The position numbers and the translations under genes were made by a program. A model generated the notes under the pieces. That model worked only from the letters and a program-made list of their open reading frames with translations, ran no database searches and was not told the DNA's origin. Shown piece after piece: positions 51,095 to 61,262 of a DNA stretch of 64,000 nucleotides. The DNA is from Thermofilaceae archaeon (GTDB taxonomy: Archaea > Thermoproteota > Thermoprotei > Thermofilales > Thermofilaceae): the NCBI GenBank assembly GCA_038861545.1, contig JAWCCZ010000004.1:128001-192000 (forward strand). The letters are read 5' to 3'. How positions within the stretch are numbered: the first letter of the stretch is position 1; the number at the start of each line of letters is the position of its first letter.

Positions 51095-51757
51095 ATGCCG
51101 CTATATCTTCGTTGGCTCGTTGACTTGGGGGGCCTTACAGGTTATTTGAGCGTGTTCCTAGTCTCAATGTTCGGTAACTTGATACCCTTTATACCGATTC
51201 CCTACTTAGCCGGGGTTGCAATTTATTCAGCTCTACTCCCCTGTAACCCCCTTCTAGTAGGGATACTTAGTGGACTCGGGGCTGGATTCGGAAAGCTGAT
51301 AGTTTACCTTTTAGGTAGAGGGGCTAGGGTACTTTTAAAGGAGGATACATCAACCAAGTATGAAAAGTTTGGTAAACTATTAAAAGGATACGGCGCGTTT
51401 GCGGTTTTTATTTTCGCGGTTACGCCATCCCCCGATGATGCAATTATTATTCCGCTGGGACTTATGAAATACGACGTGACTAAGTTCCTAGCAGGCGTGA
51501 TTGCAGGTAAAGTGGTACTAAGTATAATAGTTGCTTATGGTGGACGATTTATTGCTGGCATGCTAGTGGAAGACCTCATTTGGGGAACCACTATAAGCGT
51601 AGTAGCGTTCATCATAGTAATGGTTGTCTTAGTTTTCATTGATTGGGAGACCGTACTTGGACTTGTTGGAGAGAAAGGAATTATGGGATTCCTCGAAGAA
51701 ATAAGGGAAAAGGGGTTTCAAGCTCTTATGAAATCTGGGAAATCTCAGACCCCTTAA
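51095..51757 (+). CDS. DedA/VTT family membrane protein
   Basis: FIPIPY, FAVTPSPDD, GK motifs. Confidence 0.85.
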   Translation: MPLYLRWLVDLGGLTGYLSVFLVSMFGNLIPFIPIPYLAGVAIYSALLPCNPLLVGILSGLGAGFGKLIVYLLGRGARVLLKEDTSTKYEKFGKLLKGYGAFAVFIFAVTPSPDDAIIIPLGLMKYDVTKFLAGVIAGKVVLSIIVAYGGRFIAGMLVEDLIWGTTISVVAFIIVMVVLVFIDWETVLGLVGEKGIMGFLEEIREKGFQALMKSGKSQTP

Positions 51758-52124
51758 AGGCTATAGCGGTTACTTCAACCAACGCACCTCCAGGCAAAGC
51801 TGAAACTTCGACTAGCGCGCGAGCTGGAGGATCCTTAAAAAACTGTGTATATACTTCATTGAACTCCTTATACTGGTTTATGTCTCGCAGAAAAACCAAA
51901 ACCCATACTACATCCTCCATCGAAAAACCTGCCTCTTCAATTATCGCCTTGAGGTTTTCAAGAACCCTGCGTGACTGCTCCTGTATGCCGCCTTCTACAA
52001 GCTTCCCTGTGATAGGATCTAAACCTATTTGCCCAGAGATGAATAGAAAGTTTCCGGTTTTTACGGCCTGAGAATACGGTCCAATAGGTTTAGGAGCCCT
52101 TCTTGTGTAAACCCTATTAGCCAC
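51726..52124 (-). CDS. ridA: RidA reactive intermediate deaminase
   Basis: GPYSQAV, SGQIG, PPAR, LVEV. Confidence 0.92.
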   Translation of the reverse strand: MANRVYTRRAPKPIGPYSQAVKTGNFLFISGQIGLDPITGKLVEGGIQEQSRRVLENLKAIIEEAGFSMEDVVWVLVFLRDINQYKEFNEVYTQFFKDPPARALVEVSALPGGALVEVTAIAFKGSEISQIS

Positions 52125-52147
52125 ATTGCAAAGCCCTAGTAAAAAGT

Positions 52148-53086
52148 TTAAATAATTTTAGCCTCTGTCACTTCCACTGGCCTAATTTTATCCATTATAT
52201 CGCGAGCCCTGTTTCTAACCCTCCATCTTTCCCTTAAGCCTTCGAAACCCTGCCGCTCAACCCGGAAAGATACTGCTGCAGCAGCTATAGCTGCAGCTTC
52301 CTCGACCGATAACCCCCGGCTGTACTCGATAGCGAATACTGTGAGGAATATATCTCCAGCACCAGTAGCGTCGATTACTTGAGATGGCTCGGCCGCAGGA
52401 ACGTAGATCAGGTTATTTTTCCAAGCGACGTAAGCGCCGTCGCTTCCCATCGTAACAAGTACTATACTTGGACCGTGCTCAGCTATCCACTTTGCACTAA
52501 GATGAGGATCTAAACCTGTAAGTATTTTAGCTTCCTCAGCATCCGCGTGAACTATGTTCGCATGGCTAAGTGCCTTGAGTGCTGCATCGTTTCTAACTAA
52601 CTTTAGAGGTTCCTTTATTTTCGTTGGTCTAAGGTAACCTTGAAGATCTATTGCTGTAAGAGTAGCTCTTGAACGTATAGATTCAAGCGCTTCGACTTCA
52701 ACCTCACTTGCGACCGAGCCTACTAGAGCTATTTTTTCTTCGAAATCTACGAGATCCACGTCAACTCGTTTTATATTCTCAGCTTTTGCTAGTAAAGTTA
52801 GCTCTCTATCGCTATCCTTGTATGTCAGCTTAAAGCGGGTGGTTTTAGTCCCTTTGACAACTCTGACATATGAAATATCTATGCCGTTTCTAGCTAACAA
52901 CAACAAGTATTCATCTGGGAAATCTTCACCAACTTTAGAAACTATAACCGGTTTCGCCTCATGCCTAAGGGCGGCGAAGGATCCATATACGACGGTACCT
53001 CCCAGGCTCTGCCACCTTCTGTTACCTTTAATTACGGTATCAAGTACTATGTGACCTACCAAAACTACCTCCGCCATGTTATTCAC
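52148..53086 (-). CDS. PfkB family carbohydrate kinase
   Basis: GG..Y, SKVGEDF, DATGAGD. Confidence 0.88.
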   Translation of the reverse strand: MNNMAEVVLVGHIVLDTVIKGNRRWQSLGGTVVYGSFAALRHEAKPVIVSKVGEDFPDEYLLLLARNGIDISYVRVVKGTKTTRFKLTYKDSDRELTLLAKAENIKRVDVDLVDFEEKIALVGSVASEVEVEALESIRSRATLTAIDLQGYLRPTKIKEPLKLVRNDAALKALSHANIVHADAEEAKILTGLDPHLSAKWIAEHGPSIVLVTMGSDGAYVAWKNNLIYVPAAEPSQVIDATGAGDIFLTVFAIEYSRGLSVEEAAAIAAAAVSFRVERQGFEGLRERWRVRNRARDIMDKIRPVEVTEAKII

Positions 53087-53501
53087 CCATCACCTCAATC
53101 AGTACTCTCCTATGACTCCTAGGTCCGTCTAGCTCCACTAAGAATATGTTTTGCCACGTACCTCGTACGAGGTTCCCGTTTATCACGGGAAATATTCTGC
53201 TTGCTGCTAAGAAAGCCGATGCTAAATGCGCAGCTGCGTTATCATCTATTCTATTGTGCTCCCAGCCTCCGTCGGATGGGTAATCCTTCTCAAGTTTCCT
53301 AAGGATATCGTTCTTAAGACCACGTTCATGCTCATTAGCTATGATGGCCGCTGTCGCGTGTGGAGCGAAAACAAGGCATAAACCGTTCTTCACACCGCTT
53401 TCCGAGACTGTTCTCTCGACCTCTGCTGTTATATCGACGAGCTCCCGTTTCGAGCGTGTATTGACCAACAGCTCCTTAAAATAAACTTTCAAGGCAACCA
53501 C
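53079..53501 (-). CDS. YjbQ/UPF0047 family protein
   Basis: PHATAA, NAAAHL, GTWQNIFLVELDGPR. Confidence 0.9.
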   Translation of the reverse strand: MVALKVYFKELLVNTRSKRELVDITAEVERTVSESGVKNGLCLVFAPHATAAIIANEHERGLKNDILRKLEKDYPSDGGWEHNRIDDNAAAHLASAFLAASRIFPVINGNLVRGTWQNIFLVELDGPRSHRRVLIEVMGE

Positions 53502-53573
53502 CGCTGCAGTCTCGCAGCTGGGTAAGGCCTGCTACTTAAAAAGTTATCCGGTAAACGTGGCTTTGAATGTATT

Positions 53574-54353
53574 TTAATGGGGAGAAACAGTAGTGTAATG
53601 ACCCTCTAGACCCTTCACCATTTCGAATAGTGTATCAAGTGCTCCTAAAGTTACTTTGACTCCCGCTTCTGCTGCCCGTAGAGCTTCCTTCAGCTTTAAA
53701 CCTATGCCACCGGTTACGTCCAGACCGCGGCTGCCTTGCTTCACCAATTCAAGGTCGTCGCGGGTGAAGTTCTTGATAAACGATGATCGAGAATCAGCTC
53801 GGGGATCCAAGGTATAAACGCCGTCTACATCCATCAGAAAAACAAGCTTTGAAGCCCCTAATCGTATTGCTAGCTCGCTTGCCAAAGTATCTCCAGATAA
53901 TATTGCAAGGCTTTCGCCTTTCCTGGCTAAACCGCCGTAGGTTACTGGAATAACTCCCATGCAGAGAAAAGCCCTAACTAACTCCACGTTTAGCAGGCAG
54001 TCACCGTTTTCGTCAAGTCTAGCGATTGCGTATGTTGGTAATCCAACTACCGGTAGCCCATGTTTACGCATTGATGCGATAACCTCTAAATTGAGTAACG
54101 TCATCCAGTATGTTACATCTGTTATGAGATTTAACTGAGACCCAGTAGAGAGAGCAACCGCGTAATGACCATAGCTACCACCTCCATGTACTATTAGCAA
54201 CTTAATGGACTTAGCAATTTCTGCGAGTTTTATAGATGCCTCCTCCAAAGCATCCTTCCTGAGAGTAAATGGTTTTTCCTTGTCTGTTATGAGAGACCCC
54301 CCTAGCTTGACTATTACCAACTCGCGCCCTTCACTGATTGAGCCCGCTTTCAC
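53574..54353 (-). CDS. ipk: Isopentenyl phosphate kinase
   Basis: KLGGSLITDK, HGGGSYGH, SGD, DVTGG; adjacent to prenyltransferase. Confidence 0.88.
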   Translation of the reverse strand: MKAGSISEGRELVIVKLGGSLITDKEKPFTLRKDALEEASIKLAEIAKSIKLLIVHGGGSYGHYAVALSTGSQLNLITDVTYWMTLLNLEVIASMRKHGLPVVGLPTYAIARLDENGDCLLNVELVRAFLCMGVIPVTYGGLARKGESLAILSGDTLASELAIRLGASKLVFLMDVDGVYTLDPRADSRSSFIKNFTRDDLELVKQGSRGLDVTGGIGLKLKEALRAAEAGVKVTLGALDTLFEMVKGLEGHYTTVSPH

Positions 54354-54414
54354 TGTCGTTACCTGAGAACGAACGATATAAAAACGCGCTTATCGTATGA
54401 ATGGAAAAATCGAG

Positions 54415-55428
54415 TTAAAACTCCCTTGTAGCTACAAAATCTGCTAAGGCTTTTAGTAAAGCTTTACCCTCCGTATTGGGGAGTTTTTCGATTGATTTCA
54501 TCGCTTCATGAGCATAACGACTTCTAAGCGCCTCGGCCCGCTCTTTAGCTTTCGTATAAGTTATCAGTTCGATAGCTTTCTTTAACTCGCTAGCCTTTAT
54601 GGAGTCTTTGCGTAGAATAGAGGTAAGTTCATTCTGTTTATTGAGCTCGAGTTCTTCTAGAGCTAATATTACGATAACGTTGCCTAGTTTATGCTCCTCG
54701 ATATCCTTACCTACACGTTTGCCTGTAACCTCTTCACGTCCAAAAATATCTATGATATCATCACCTATTTGAAAAGCTAAGCCTAGGTTCCTCCCATACC
54801 CACCTAGCATATTGACTATTTGAGAACTAGCGCCCGCTGACATGGCCCCGAATACACAAGCAGTCTCTATCAGCGCGCCTGTCTTTTTGAAAACCATGTC
54901 TATGTAATCGCTTAGTTTAACGTTGCTCTTCCTCTTCTCCTTAACATAAGGTTCGTCCTCTCTTCCAGCTTGCTCAAATAATACGTCAAGTCTTTCGCCT
55001 TCCACAAGTAACTTTAGTGTCCTAGCCATAATGTCGTGGAAAGCTACAGGGTCCTTCGTATCGTCAAGCGCTTGAGCAATAGATTCGCGATAATGAACGG
55101 CAACGAGAATCGCCATGGTTACTCCATACTTTTTCCATAAAGTTGGTCTACCCCGCCGCAGTTCGCTATGATCTATGATGTCATCGAAGATTAACGAATA
55201 ATTGTGGGCAAGCTCTACGGCTGCTGCGGCTGGTATCGCGCTATCCACGTCGCCACCCGCTGCAAGCGAAGACGCGAATGTAAGTGCGGGTCTCAGCCTT
55301 TTACCCCCTGTTTTCATCTGATAGAGAACCGCTTCATGAAATTCGACATCTGTATCTTTTAAAAGGTACCTTTCAAGAGCCGGCTCTACTCGGCTTCCGA
55401 GTTCTGAGAGTTTATCTACTACCTCCAC
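54415..55428 (-). CDS. Geranylgeranyl diphosphate synthase (polyprenyl synthetase)
   Basis: GGKRLRP, DDIID..RRG, FQIGDDIID. Confidence 0.92.
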   Translation of the reverse strand: MEVVDKLSELGSRVEPALERYLLKDTDVEFHEAVLYQMKTGGKRLRPALTFASSLAAGGDVDSAIPAAAAVELAHNYSLIFDDIIDHSELRRGRPTLWKKYGVTMAILVAVHYRESIAQALDDTKDPVAFHDIMARTLKLLVEGERLDVLFEQAGREDEPYVKEKRKSNVKLSDYIDMVFKKTGALIETACVFGAMSAGASSQIVNMLGGYGRNLGLAFQIGDDIIDIFGREEVTGKRVGKDIEEHKLGNVIVILALEELELNKQNELTSILRKDSIKASELKKAIELITYTKAKERAEALRSRYAHEAMKSIEKLPNTEGKALLKALADFVATREF

Positions 55429-55511
55429 AGCAGCTGGGTAAATTTCATGCTAAAATACGTTATCGGTTAAGTGGCAACGTCTTTAAACCTCGCCGTAGCA
55501 GCTAAGGTGAA

Positions 55512-56366
55512 ATGAGAAAAAATGTGTTTAAAGCTCAGCTGAGTGTGGTTTTAAGCACAGGATTCCTTGGAGGAGTGGGTGGATTTCTGCTTCACGTTAG
55601 CGGGATATCGGAGATGATGGAGGGGCCGTTTGTTAAGGAGGAAGGCGTCGGTCCTGCAACTATAAATGCGTTAATTTTAGTGGCGCTCCTTCTCATAGGG
55701 GCTTTGCTACTGCTTATTATATCCAAGATTAAGTTGAGTTTCATGAAAATCCTGGGCTATTTCTCCTTCTTTACAGCTACCTTTATCGTCTGCCTAGTCT
55801 ATCTTTATGCTTTAAACGCGCCCCTGAACATTCCCGAGCCAGTTTCACTGCTAGTGGCCATCATAGTCTTGTACTTAGTAACAGCCCACCCCCTCTCCCT
55901 TACAACTGCCGCTGCACAAGTGTGTATTGGTTCACTTTTAGGGCCACTCATAGCCTCGATGGTTCCCAGCTCAAGTCTTTTGGCAATGTTAATTGCCGCA
56001 GCCCTGTATGATATTTTCTCTGTGTATAAAGGTCCTTTAAAGGCTTTACTAGATCAGTTTACTGAGCATAGTAAAGAACTACCGGAAAAGAAAACTCGCT
56101 CCTCTCCACTTGTACCCTTTGCTATCAACCTTGGGGATGCGGCGATCGGTATGGGGGACATAGTGTTTTACAGTTCTCTGAGTTCTCTTTCTTTAACAAC
56201 TCCCACTTTAGATTTAATTAGGTTTACTCTAATACTTGTATCTATGTTCATAGGATTACAGCTTACCTTTAAATTGCTTGAAAAATATCGTTATGCTCCA
56301 GCTCTTCCATTACCCATTACAATATCAGTGGCTACTTACATCTTATACAACCTAGTCAGAGGTTAG
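55512..56366 (+). CDS. Presenilin-family (A22) intramembrane aspartyl protease
   Basis: ALYD, KGPLK, GMGD, PALP. Confidence 0.88.
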   Translation: MRKNVFKAQLSVVLSTGFLGGVGGFLLHVSGISEMMEGPFVKEEGVGPATINALILVALLLIGALLLLIISKIKLSFMKILGYFSFFTATFIVCLVYLYALNAPLNIPEPVSLLVAIIVLYLVTAHPLSLTTAAAQVCIGSLLGPLIASMVPSSSLLAMLIAAALYDIFSVYKGPLKALLDQFTEHSKELPEKKTRSSPLVPFAINLGDAAIGMGDIVFYSSLSSLSLTTPTLDLIRFTLILVSMFIGLQLTFKLLEKYRYAPALPLPITISVATYILYNLVRG

Positions 56367-56427
56367 GGTCAGACCGCCCATCGTTAAACTACATTTATTT
56401 TTCAGTCACCAACGCGTTCCTCATCCC
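56366..56427 (-). ncRNA. Double-guide box C/D sRNA targeting 16S rRNA (C1402 equivalent and helix-43 loop)
   Basis: GGG-ATGAGGA(C)-ACGCGTTGGTGA-CTGA(D')...CGATGGGCGGT-CTGA(D)-CCC; D guide pairs with ACCGCCCGUCG, and the +5 rule gives C1402. Confidence 0.85.
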
Positions 56428-56440
56428 CAAAGCTGGCATG

Positions 56441-56683
56441 TTAAGCGGATATTAATGTAGTGCTCTTAGATACCCCTGGGATTTTCCTTATAGACATAAC
56501 CACTTCCTCTAACGTTTTCAAATCAGGTACTTCTAGCTTAGCTACGACATCATATTCACCATAAACTATGTGAGCCTCAACCACGGATTCTATCTCGTAT
56601 AGTTTCCTTAAAACTTCGTACTCTCTACCGGCTTCAACGATTAAGATAAGGTATGCTACTACTTTCGCCTCACTTGAGGCCAT
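56441..56683 (-). CDS. Stand-alone Lrp/AsnC ligand-binding domain protein
   Basis: VYGEYDVVAK, IRKIPGV..STTLI. Confidence 0.88.
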   Translation of the reverse strand: MASSEAKVVAYLILIVEAGREYEVLRKLYEIESVVEAHIVYGEYDVVAKLEVPDLKTLEEVVMSIRKIPGVSKSTTLISA

Positions 56684-56794
56684 ATATTGAAAACCCTCTT
56701 ACCTTTATAAAAATTTATTTTAATGCGAATAATGATTCAAGACCTTTACAGCTGAGTGCACCACGTTTTTATTGCGGCTAGAAAACACATTCTC

Positions 56795-57214
56795 ATGGAA
56801 CCCTTAATGTATAAGGGTTATAGCTTCCCACGCGACCGAAAATATAGTGAAAAGCACTCATGGATTAAAGTAATTGAAAGAGATACCGTCAGAGTAGGTA
56901 TAACAGATTATGCACAGAAGAAACTAAAGGCTGTAGTTTTCATAGAACCGCCTGAGGTGGGTGTTCACCTTAACGCCGGAGATCTTCTAGCCACGTTAGA
57001 ATCAATTAAAGTGGTCAGTGAAGTATATGCTCCACTTAGTGGCATCGTAGTGACATACAATTCGAAACTTGACGATGATCCTGGTTTACTTAACCGGGAT
57101 CCTTATGGCGAAGGATGGATAGCAGAGCTGAAACCCGATAACCCCACGGACGTCGAAAAATTGCTGAGTGCAGATGAATATGCAGATAGGATAGTCAAAA
57201 AGGAGGAGAGCTAA
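56795..57214 (+). CDS. gcvH: Glycine cleavage H / lipoyl carrier protein
   Basis: HSWI, VGITDYAQ, ESIK lipoyl-Lys, NRDPYGEGW; ATG 56795 preferred. Confidence 0.9.
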   Translation: MEPLMYKGYSFPRDRKYSEKHSWIKVIERDTVRVGITDYAQKKLKAVVFIEPPEVGVHLNAGDLLATLESIKVVSEVYAPLSGIVVTYNSKLDDDPGLLNRDPYGEGWIAELKPDNPTDVEKLLSADEYADRIVKKEES

Positions 57215-59340
57215 CCCGATAAAAGTATTTTTACGTCTATTGCTAGGCCTCCCTTACCTTTCTCGTAGACGAAAAAGGGGTTAATGTCTATGTCATTTAT
57301 CTCGGGAATGTCTATCGCAAGCTGAGAAACTCTTACAAGAGCATCGATGATGGCTTCGATGTCACATTCAGGTTGATCCCTGTAGCCTTTGAGCAACCTG
57401 TAAGATTTTGTTTCCTCTACCATCTCCTTAGCATCTTCGATCGATAACGGGGCAACCCTAAAGGCCACGTCTTTAATCAGCTCAACAAGCACACCTCCGC
57501 TGCCAAATACAATGACAGGTCCGAAGAAGGAATCCCTGTGCATTCCTATTATACTTTCAAAGCCTTTTGGAGCCATTTTCCTTACCGCTACACCTCTAAC
57601 TTCCGCTTCAGGAGCCTTTATTTTTACATTCTCCATTATCTTCTTGAATGCTTCAGTTACCTCCTTAGCATTGTTTAAGCCTAGTACTATACCCCCTACT
57701 TCGGTTTTATGAATTATCTGAGGTGACTCAACCTCGAGGACAACTGGGTACCCTATTTCATTTGCTATCCTCACGGCTTCCTCTGGAGATTCAGCCAGCT
57801 GTTTCTCCAGTACTGGTATACCGTAGGCCTTAGCTACGCGAGCGGCTTCAAAAGGCGTCAAAGCTTTCCTCCCCTCGGCTAAAGCCTTCCTTACGATTTC
57901 CCTAGCAACTGGATCAGCCTTTAGATTCGGGAATGTTTTCGGTTTAGCTAGCTTCTCCTTAAGCCTCTTATACCTGTAGATCGCGCCCATCGCGGCCAAT
58001 GCCTTTTCGGGAGACTCATATGCTGGCACACCTTCGCCAGTTAAACGCTGCATTTCCTTTACACATTCTTCGCCGCCGATCAGGCTAACCATAATCGGCT
58101 TTTGCGTACCGGTTTCAACCCTTGCCTCAATTATAGCGTCAGCAATCTCTCTTGGGTTAGTCACAGCTGTATGACAGTAAAGAACCACTACAGCGTCAAC
58201 TCGGTTATCCTTTAAGAGCTCAACTAAAGCACCCTTATACTGCTCTTTTAACGCCATCCCAGTTAAGTCGACTGGGTTATATACACTGCCGAAAGGCGGC
58301 ATGTAGTTCCTCAATCTCTCCGCTAAATCTCTTGGTATATCCATCAGTTTAACGCCATAAACCTCAGCTGCATCAGTGGCCATCACTCCTGCGCCGCCCC
58401 CGTTTGTTAGGATTACTACATTTTCACCTCTAGGTTGCGACGCCTTAGCTAAAGCTACAGCCCAGTCGAACAACTCGATGAAAGTCGGAGCTCTTATCAC
58501 ACCACATTGGGTTAACGCTGAGTCAACCACAGCGTCGGAGCCTGCTAACGAGCCTGTATGAGATTTAATCGCTCCCAGTGCCCGCTCGCTTCGACCTACC
58601 TTGAGAACCAGTATTGGTTTCTTCAACGATATTTTTGAAGCCACTTCCATGAAGTTTCTACCACTCTCTATACCCTCTAAGTACGCGGTAATCACCTTAG
58701 TATGGGGATCATTGCCAAAGTACTCGATAAAATCAACCTCATTTAAATCAGCTTTATTGCCGAGACTAACTAGGTCGGATAACCCGACCCCTTTAAGTAC
58801 GGTCCAACCAACAAGTGCAATACCGAGGGCGCCGCTTTGAGAGATAAATGCAATTTCACCTTTAAGAGGTAAGCCCTGGCAGAAACTTGCGTTCATGTTG
58901 CCAACAGTATCACAAACCCCCACTATATTAGGACCAAGAATTCTAAAGTTATACTTCCTAGCTATTTCAATAAGCTTCCTTTCGGCATCAACCTGACCAA
59001 CCTCTTTAAAGCCTGAAGTTATGATAGCCACAGATTTTACTCCTTTCTTCCCACATTCCTCTAGAACCTGTGGCACGAGGAGGGCTGGCACGACAATAAC
59101 AGCTAAGTCCACATAAACCGGTATCTCCAGTATGCTGGAATAGCAACGCAAACCTAATACTTCGTTGGCGTTAGGATTAACCGGAAAAATACGGTCGCGC
59201 GGAAATCCACCCTCAATTAAGTTCCTAACTACCTGATAGCCTACTTTCTTGGGGTCGCGAGAAGCACCTACTACAGCTACAGTTTTAGGCCTCAGTAATT
59301 TCTCGATGATTTCGACAGTAGTACCATTCATCCCCATCAA
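57211..59340 (-). CDS. ADP-forming acetate/acyl-CoA ligase, fused alpha-beta
   Basis: VGASRDP, GPN, SHTGSLAG, NPVDL, HKTEVGG, DINP. Confidence 0.92.
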   Translation of the reverse strand: MMGMNGTTVEIIEKLLRPKTVAVVGASRDPKKVGYQVVRNLIEGGFPRDRIFPVNPNANEVLGLRCYSSILEIPVYVDLAVIVVPALLVPQVLEECGKKGVKSVAIITSGFKEVGQVDAERKLIEIARKYNFRILGPNIVGVCDTVGNMNASFCQGLPLKGEIAFISQSGALGIALVGWTVLKGVGLSDLVSLGNKADLNEVDFIEYFGNDPHTKVITAYLEGIESGRNFMEVASKISLKKPILVLKVGRSERALGAIKSHTGSLAGSDAVVDSALTQCGVIRAPTFIELFDWAVALAKASQPRGENVVILTNGGGAGVMATDAAEVYGVKLMDIPRDLAERLRNYMPPFGSVYNPVDLTGMALKEQYKGALVELLKDNRVDAVVVLYCHTAVTNPREIADAIIEARVETGTQKPIMVSLIGGEECVKEMQRLTGEGVPAYESPEKALAAMGAIYRYKRLKEKLAKPKTFPNLKADPVAREIVRKALAEGRKALTPFEAARVAKAYGIPVLEKQLAESPEEAVRIANEIGYPVVLEVESPQIIHKTEVGGIVLGLNNAKEVTEAFKKIMENVKIKAPEAEVRGVAVRKMAPKGFESIIGMHRDSFFGPVIVFGSGGVLVELIKDVAFRVAPLSIEDAKEMVEETKSYRLLKGYRDQPECDIEAIIDALVRVSQLAIDIPEINDIDINPFFVYEKGKGGLAIDVKILLSG

Positions 59341-59429
59341 GCTGGTGCATATCAGGCTATTTTTAAACCTTAAGTACTTACCAGGCCGGACATGAAAAAT
59401 AAATTTAATCGATTGGCCTTATACCGAGT

Positions 59430-60782
59430 ATGAAAATAGCGGTTATAGGTTATGGGACAGCTGGCATGACCGCAGCAATCTATGCTAAGCTAACATGTAG
59501 GAAAAGCGAGGTTGAAGTTTTCGAGAAAAGACCTTATGCTGTATACCACCCGTGCTCTTTACCTGACGCTATAGCAGGTTTAATACCGCTTGAGTCTATC
59601 ATAGAAGAAAAAGTCACAATACCAGGTATTAACGTTCGAACTTCAACAGTAGTTGAAGAAATCGATACTGAGGGTAGAAAACTTAAAGCTAGGGATTTAA
59701 AGAGCGGAGAGGTTCTGTACAGGGACTACGACAACCTGATTTTAGCAACCGGTTCAAGACCGTTTATTCCTAGATCAGTGAACATATTAGAAAGCAGCTG
59801 CGTTTACACGCTCCGGTTAGTGGAAGACGCTAAGTTTATCAGCGAAGCAGCTACAAAGTATAATTCAGTCGTAGTGGTTGGCGGGAGCGCTCTTGGGATC
59901 GAAACTGCTTATGCTTTGAAAATAAGGGGTTTAAACGTCACACTTGTAGAGTACTTTCATCAACTAATGCCTGGTAAGCTGGATTTCGAAATAGCTAAAA
60001 TAGTCGCCGAGAAACTGAGCTCTAAAGGTATTAATCTTATGCTCGGTGAAGGAGTAGTTGAAGTAAGCGGAGCACCTGGGACAAAGAAAGTAACTACCTC
60101 TTCAGGTAGGGAATTAGAGACAGGGTTTGTCGTATTTGCAACCGGTATTAAACCGGACATAGATCTTGCCAAGCAGATAGGTGCCGAGATAGGTCAAACA
60201 GGCGGTATCAAAGTTGACGAGCATATGCGAACAAGCATTGACGGTGTGTATGCGGCAGGCGACGTAGCAGAAGTTAGGGATTTAATCACCGGCAAGCCCA
60301 CTCTCAGCCAATTTGCAAATACAGCATTAATTATGGGACGAATAGCTGGGATAAATGCCGTCGGTGGCGATACGTATCTAAGAGGAGTATTGCAAAACTG
60401 GATAGTTAACCTGGAAGGCTTTAAATTTGGAAGTGTAGGATTAACTGAAGAAAAAGCCAAGAAAGCCGGAATAGACGTGGTCTCTGTATCTGTAACTGCT
60501 ATGGATAAACCCTTGTTTTATCCAGGCTCCGAAAATATCACCGTTAAGCTAATAGCAAATAGCGAAGGAAAGTTGATTGGTGTACAGGTTGTCGGAGGGG
60601 GTAACGTCGTCGAGAAACTGAATGTTCTATCCGCTTCAATTTTCAGTGGTATGACCGTATCCGATTTGCCTTACCTAGAGTTCGCTTACGTACCTTCGCT
60701 TAACGAAGTTGTCCATCCAATATACACCGCTGCTGATGCGCTACTCAGAAGGCTTCAAAGAAAAGCCAAAATAATGCAGTAA
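59430..60782 (+). CDS. NADH oxidase / CoA-disulfide reductase family
   Basis: GYGTAG, YHPCSLP single Cys, ATGS, YAAGD, AYVP. Confidence 0.87.
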   Translation: MKIAVIGYGTAGMTAAIYAKLTCRKSEVEVFEKRPYAVYHPCSLPDAIAGLIPLESIIEEKVTIPGINVRTSTVVEEIDTEGRKLKARDLKSGEVLYRDYDNLILATGSRPFIPRSVNILESSCVYTLRLVEDAKFISEAATKYNSVVVVGGSALGIETAYALKIRGLNVTLVEYFHQLMPGKLDFEIAKIVAEKLSSKGINLMLGEGVVEVSGAPGTKKVTTSSGRELETGFVVFATGIKPDIDLAKQIGAEIGQTGGIKVDEHMRTSIDGVYAAGDVAEVRDLITGKPTLSQFANTALIMGRIAGINAVGGDTYLRGVLQNWIVNLEGFKFGSVGLTEEKAKKAGIDVVSVSVTAMDKPLFYPGSENITVKLIANSEGKLIGVQVVGGGNVVEKLNVLSASIFSGMTVSDLPYLEFAYVPSLNEVVHPIYTAADALLRRLQRKAKIMQ

Positions 60783-60835
60783 TCGCAGGTCCAGCGTTCA
60801 TCATAGTTCAGACCTCACTCACACGCTCATTCTTG
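60781..60835 (-). ncRNA. Possible box C/D sRNA
   Basis: Perfect internal CTGA-ACT-ATGATGA (60811-60798) with degenerate outer AGAATGA and GCGA boxes. Confidence 0.45.
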
Positions 60836-60879
60836 CTTAGAGACAACTCACTAATTTTAATTTTTCCCTTCCTTACTTA

Positions 60880-61122
60880 TTACAACTCTAAGCTATCTAG
60901 CTCCGTAATATAAAAGCCCTTATTTAAGTTTAGAAGTAACCACGCTCTAAATTCCTCTCCTTCTTCAGAACTAAGCTTAACGATAATTCTATCACCTTTT
61001 TCTTCTACCAGTAAAGGATTTAATGTTCCTATTATCCTCTTCACCATTTTCTCGTAAAAACTATAATGCATATTGAAGAGTAAAAAACCCTTCTCCCTTA
61101 ATACCAGTATTTCTTCCTCCAT
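60880..61122 (-). CDS. Small hypothetical protein (probable start MEEEIL)
   Basis: 80-aa protein-like C-terminal part of the 128-aa ORF. Confidence 0.55.
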   Translation of the reverse strand: MEEEILVLREKGFLLFNMHYSFYEKMVKRIIGTLNPLLVEEKGDRIIVKLSSEEGEEFRAWLLLNLNKGFYITELDSLEL

Positions 61123-61262
61123 GAGCGGAAACTCGGAAATTCCCTGCATAGCATCTAGAGATCCACTAACCCAAGAAAAACTATAACGCTTAGGAATTAA
61201 ACCTCCGCTAATTGTTAGCCTACACTTAAGTGCTTTTAACAACCACCTGAGAATATGCCAAA

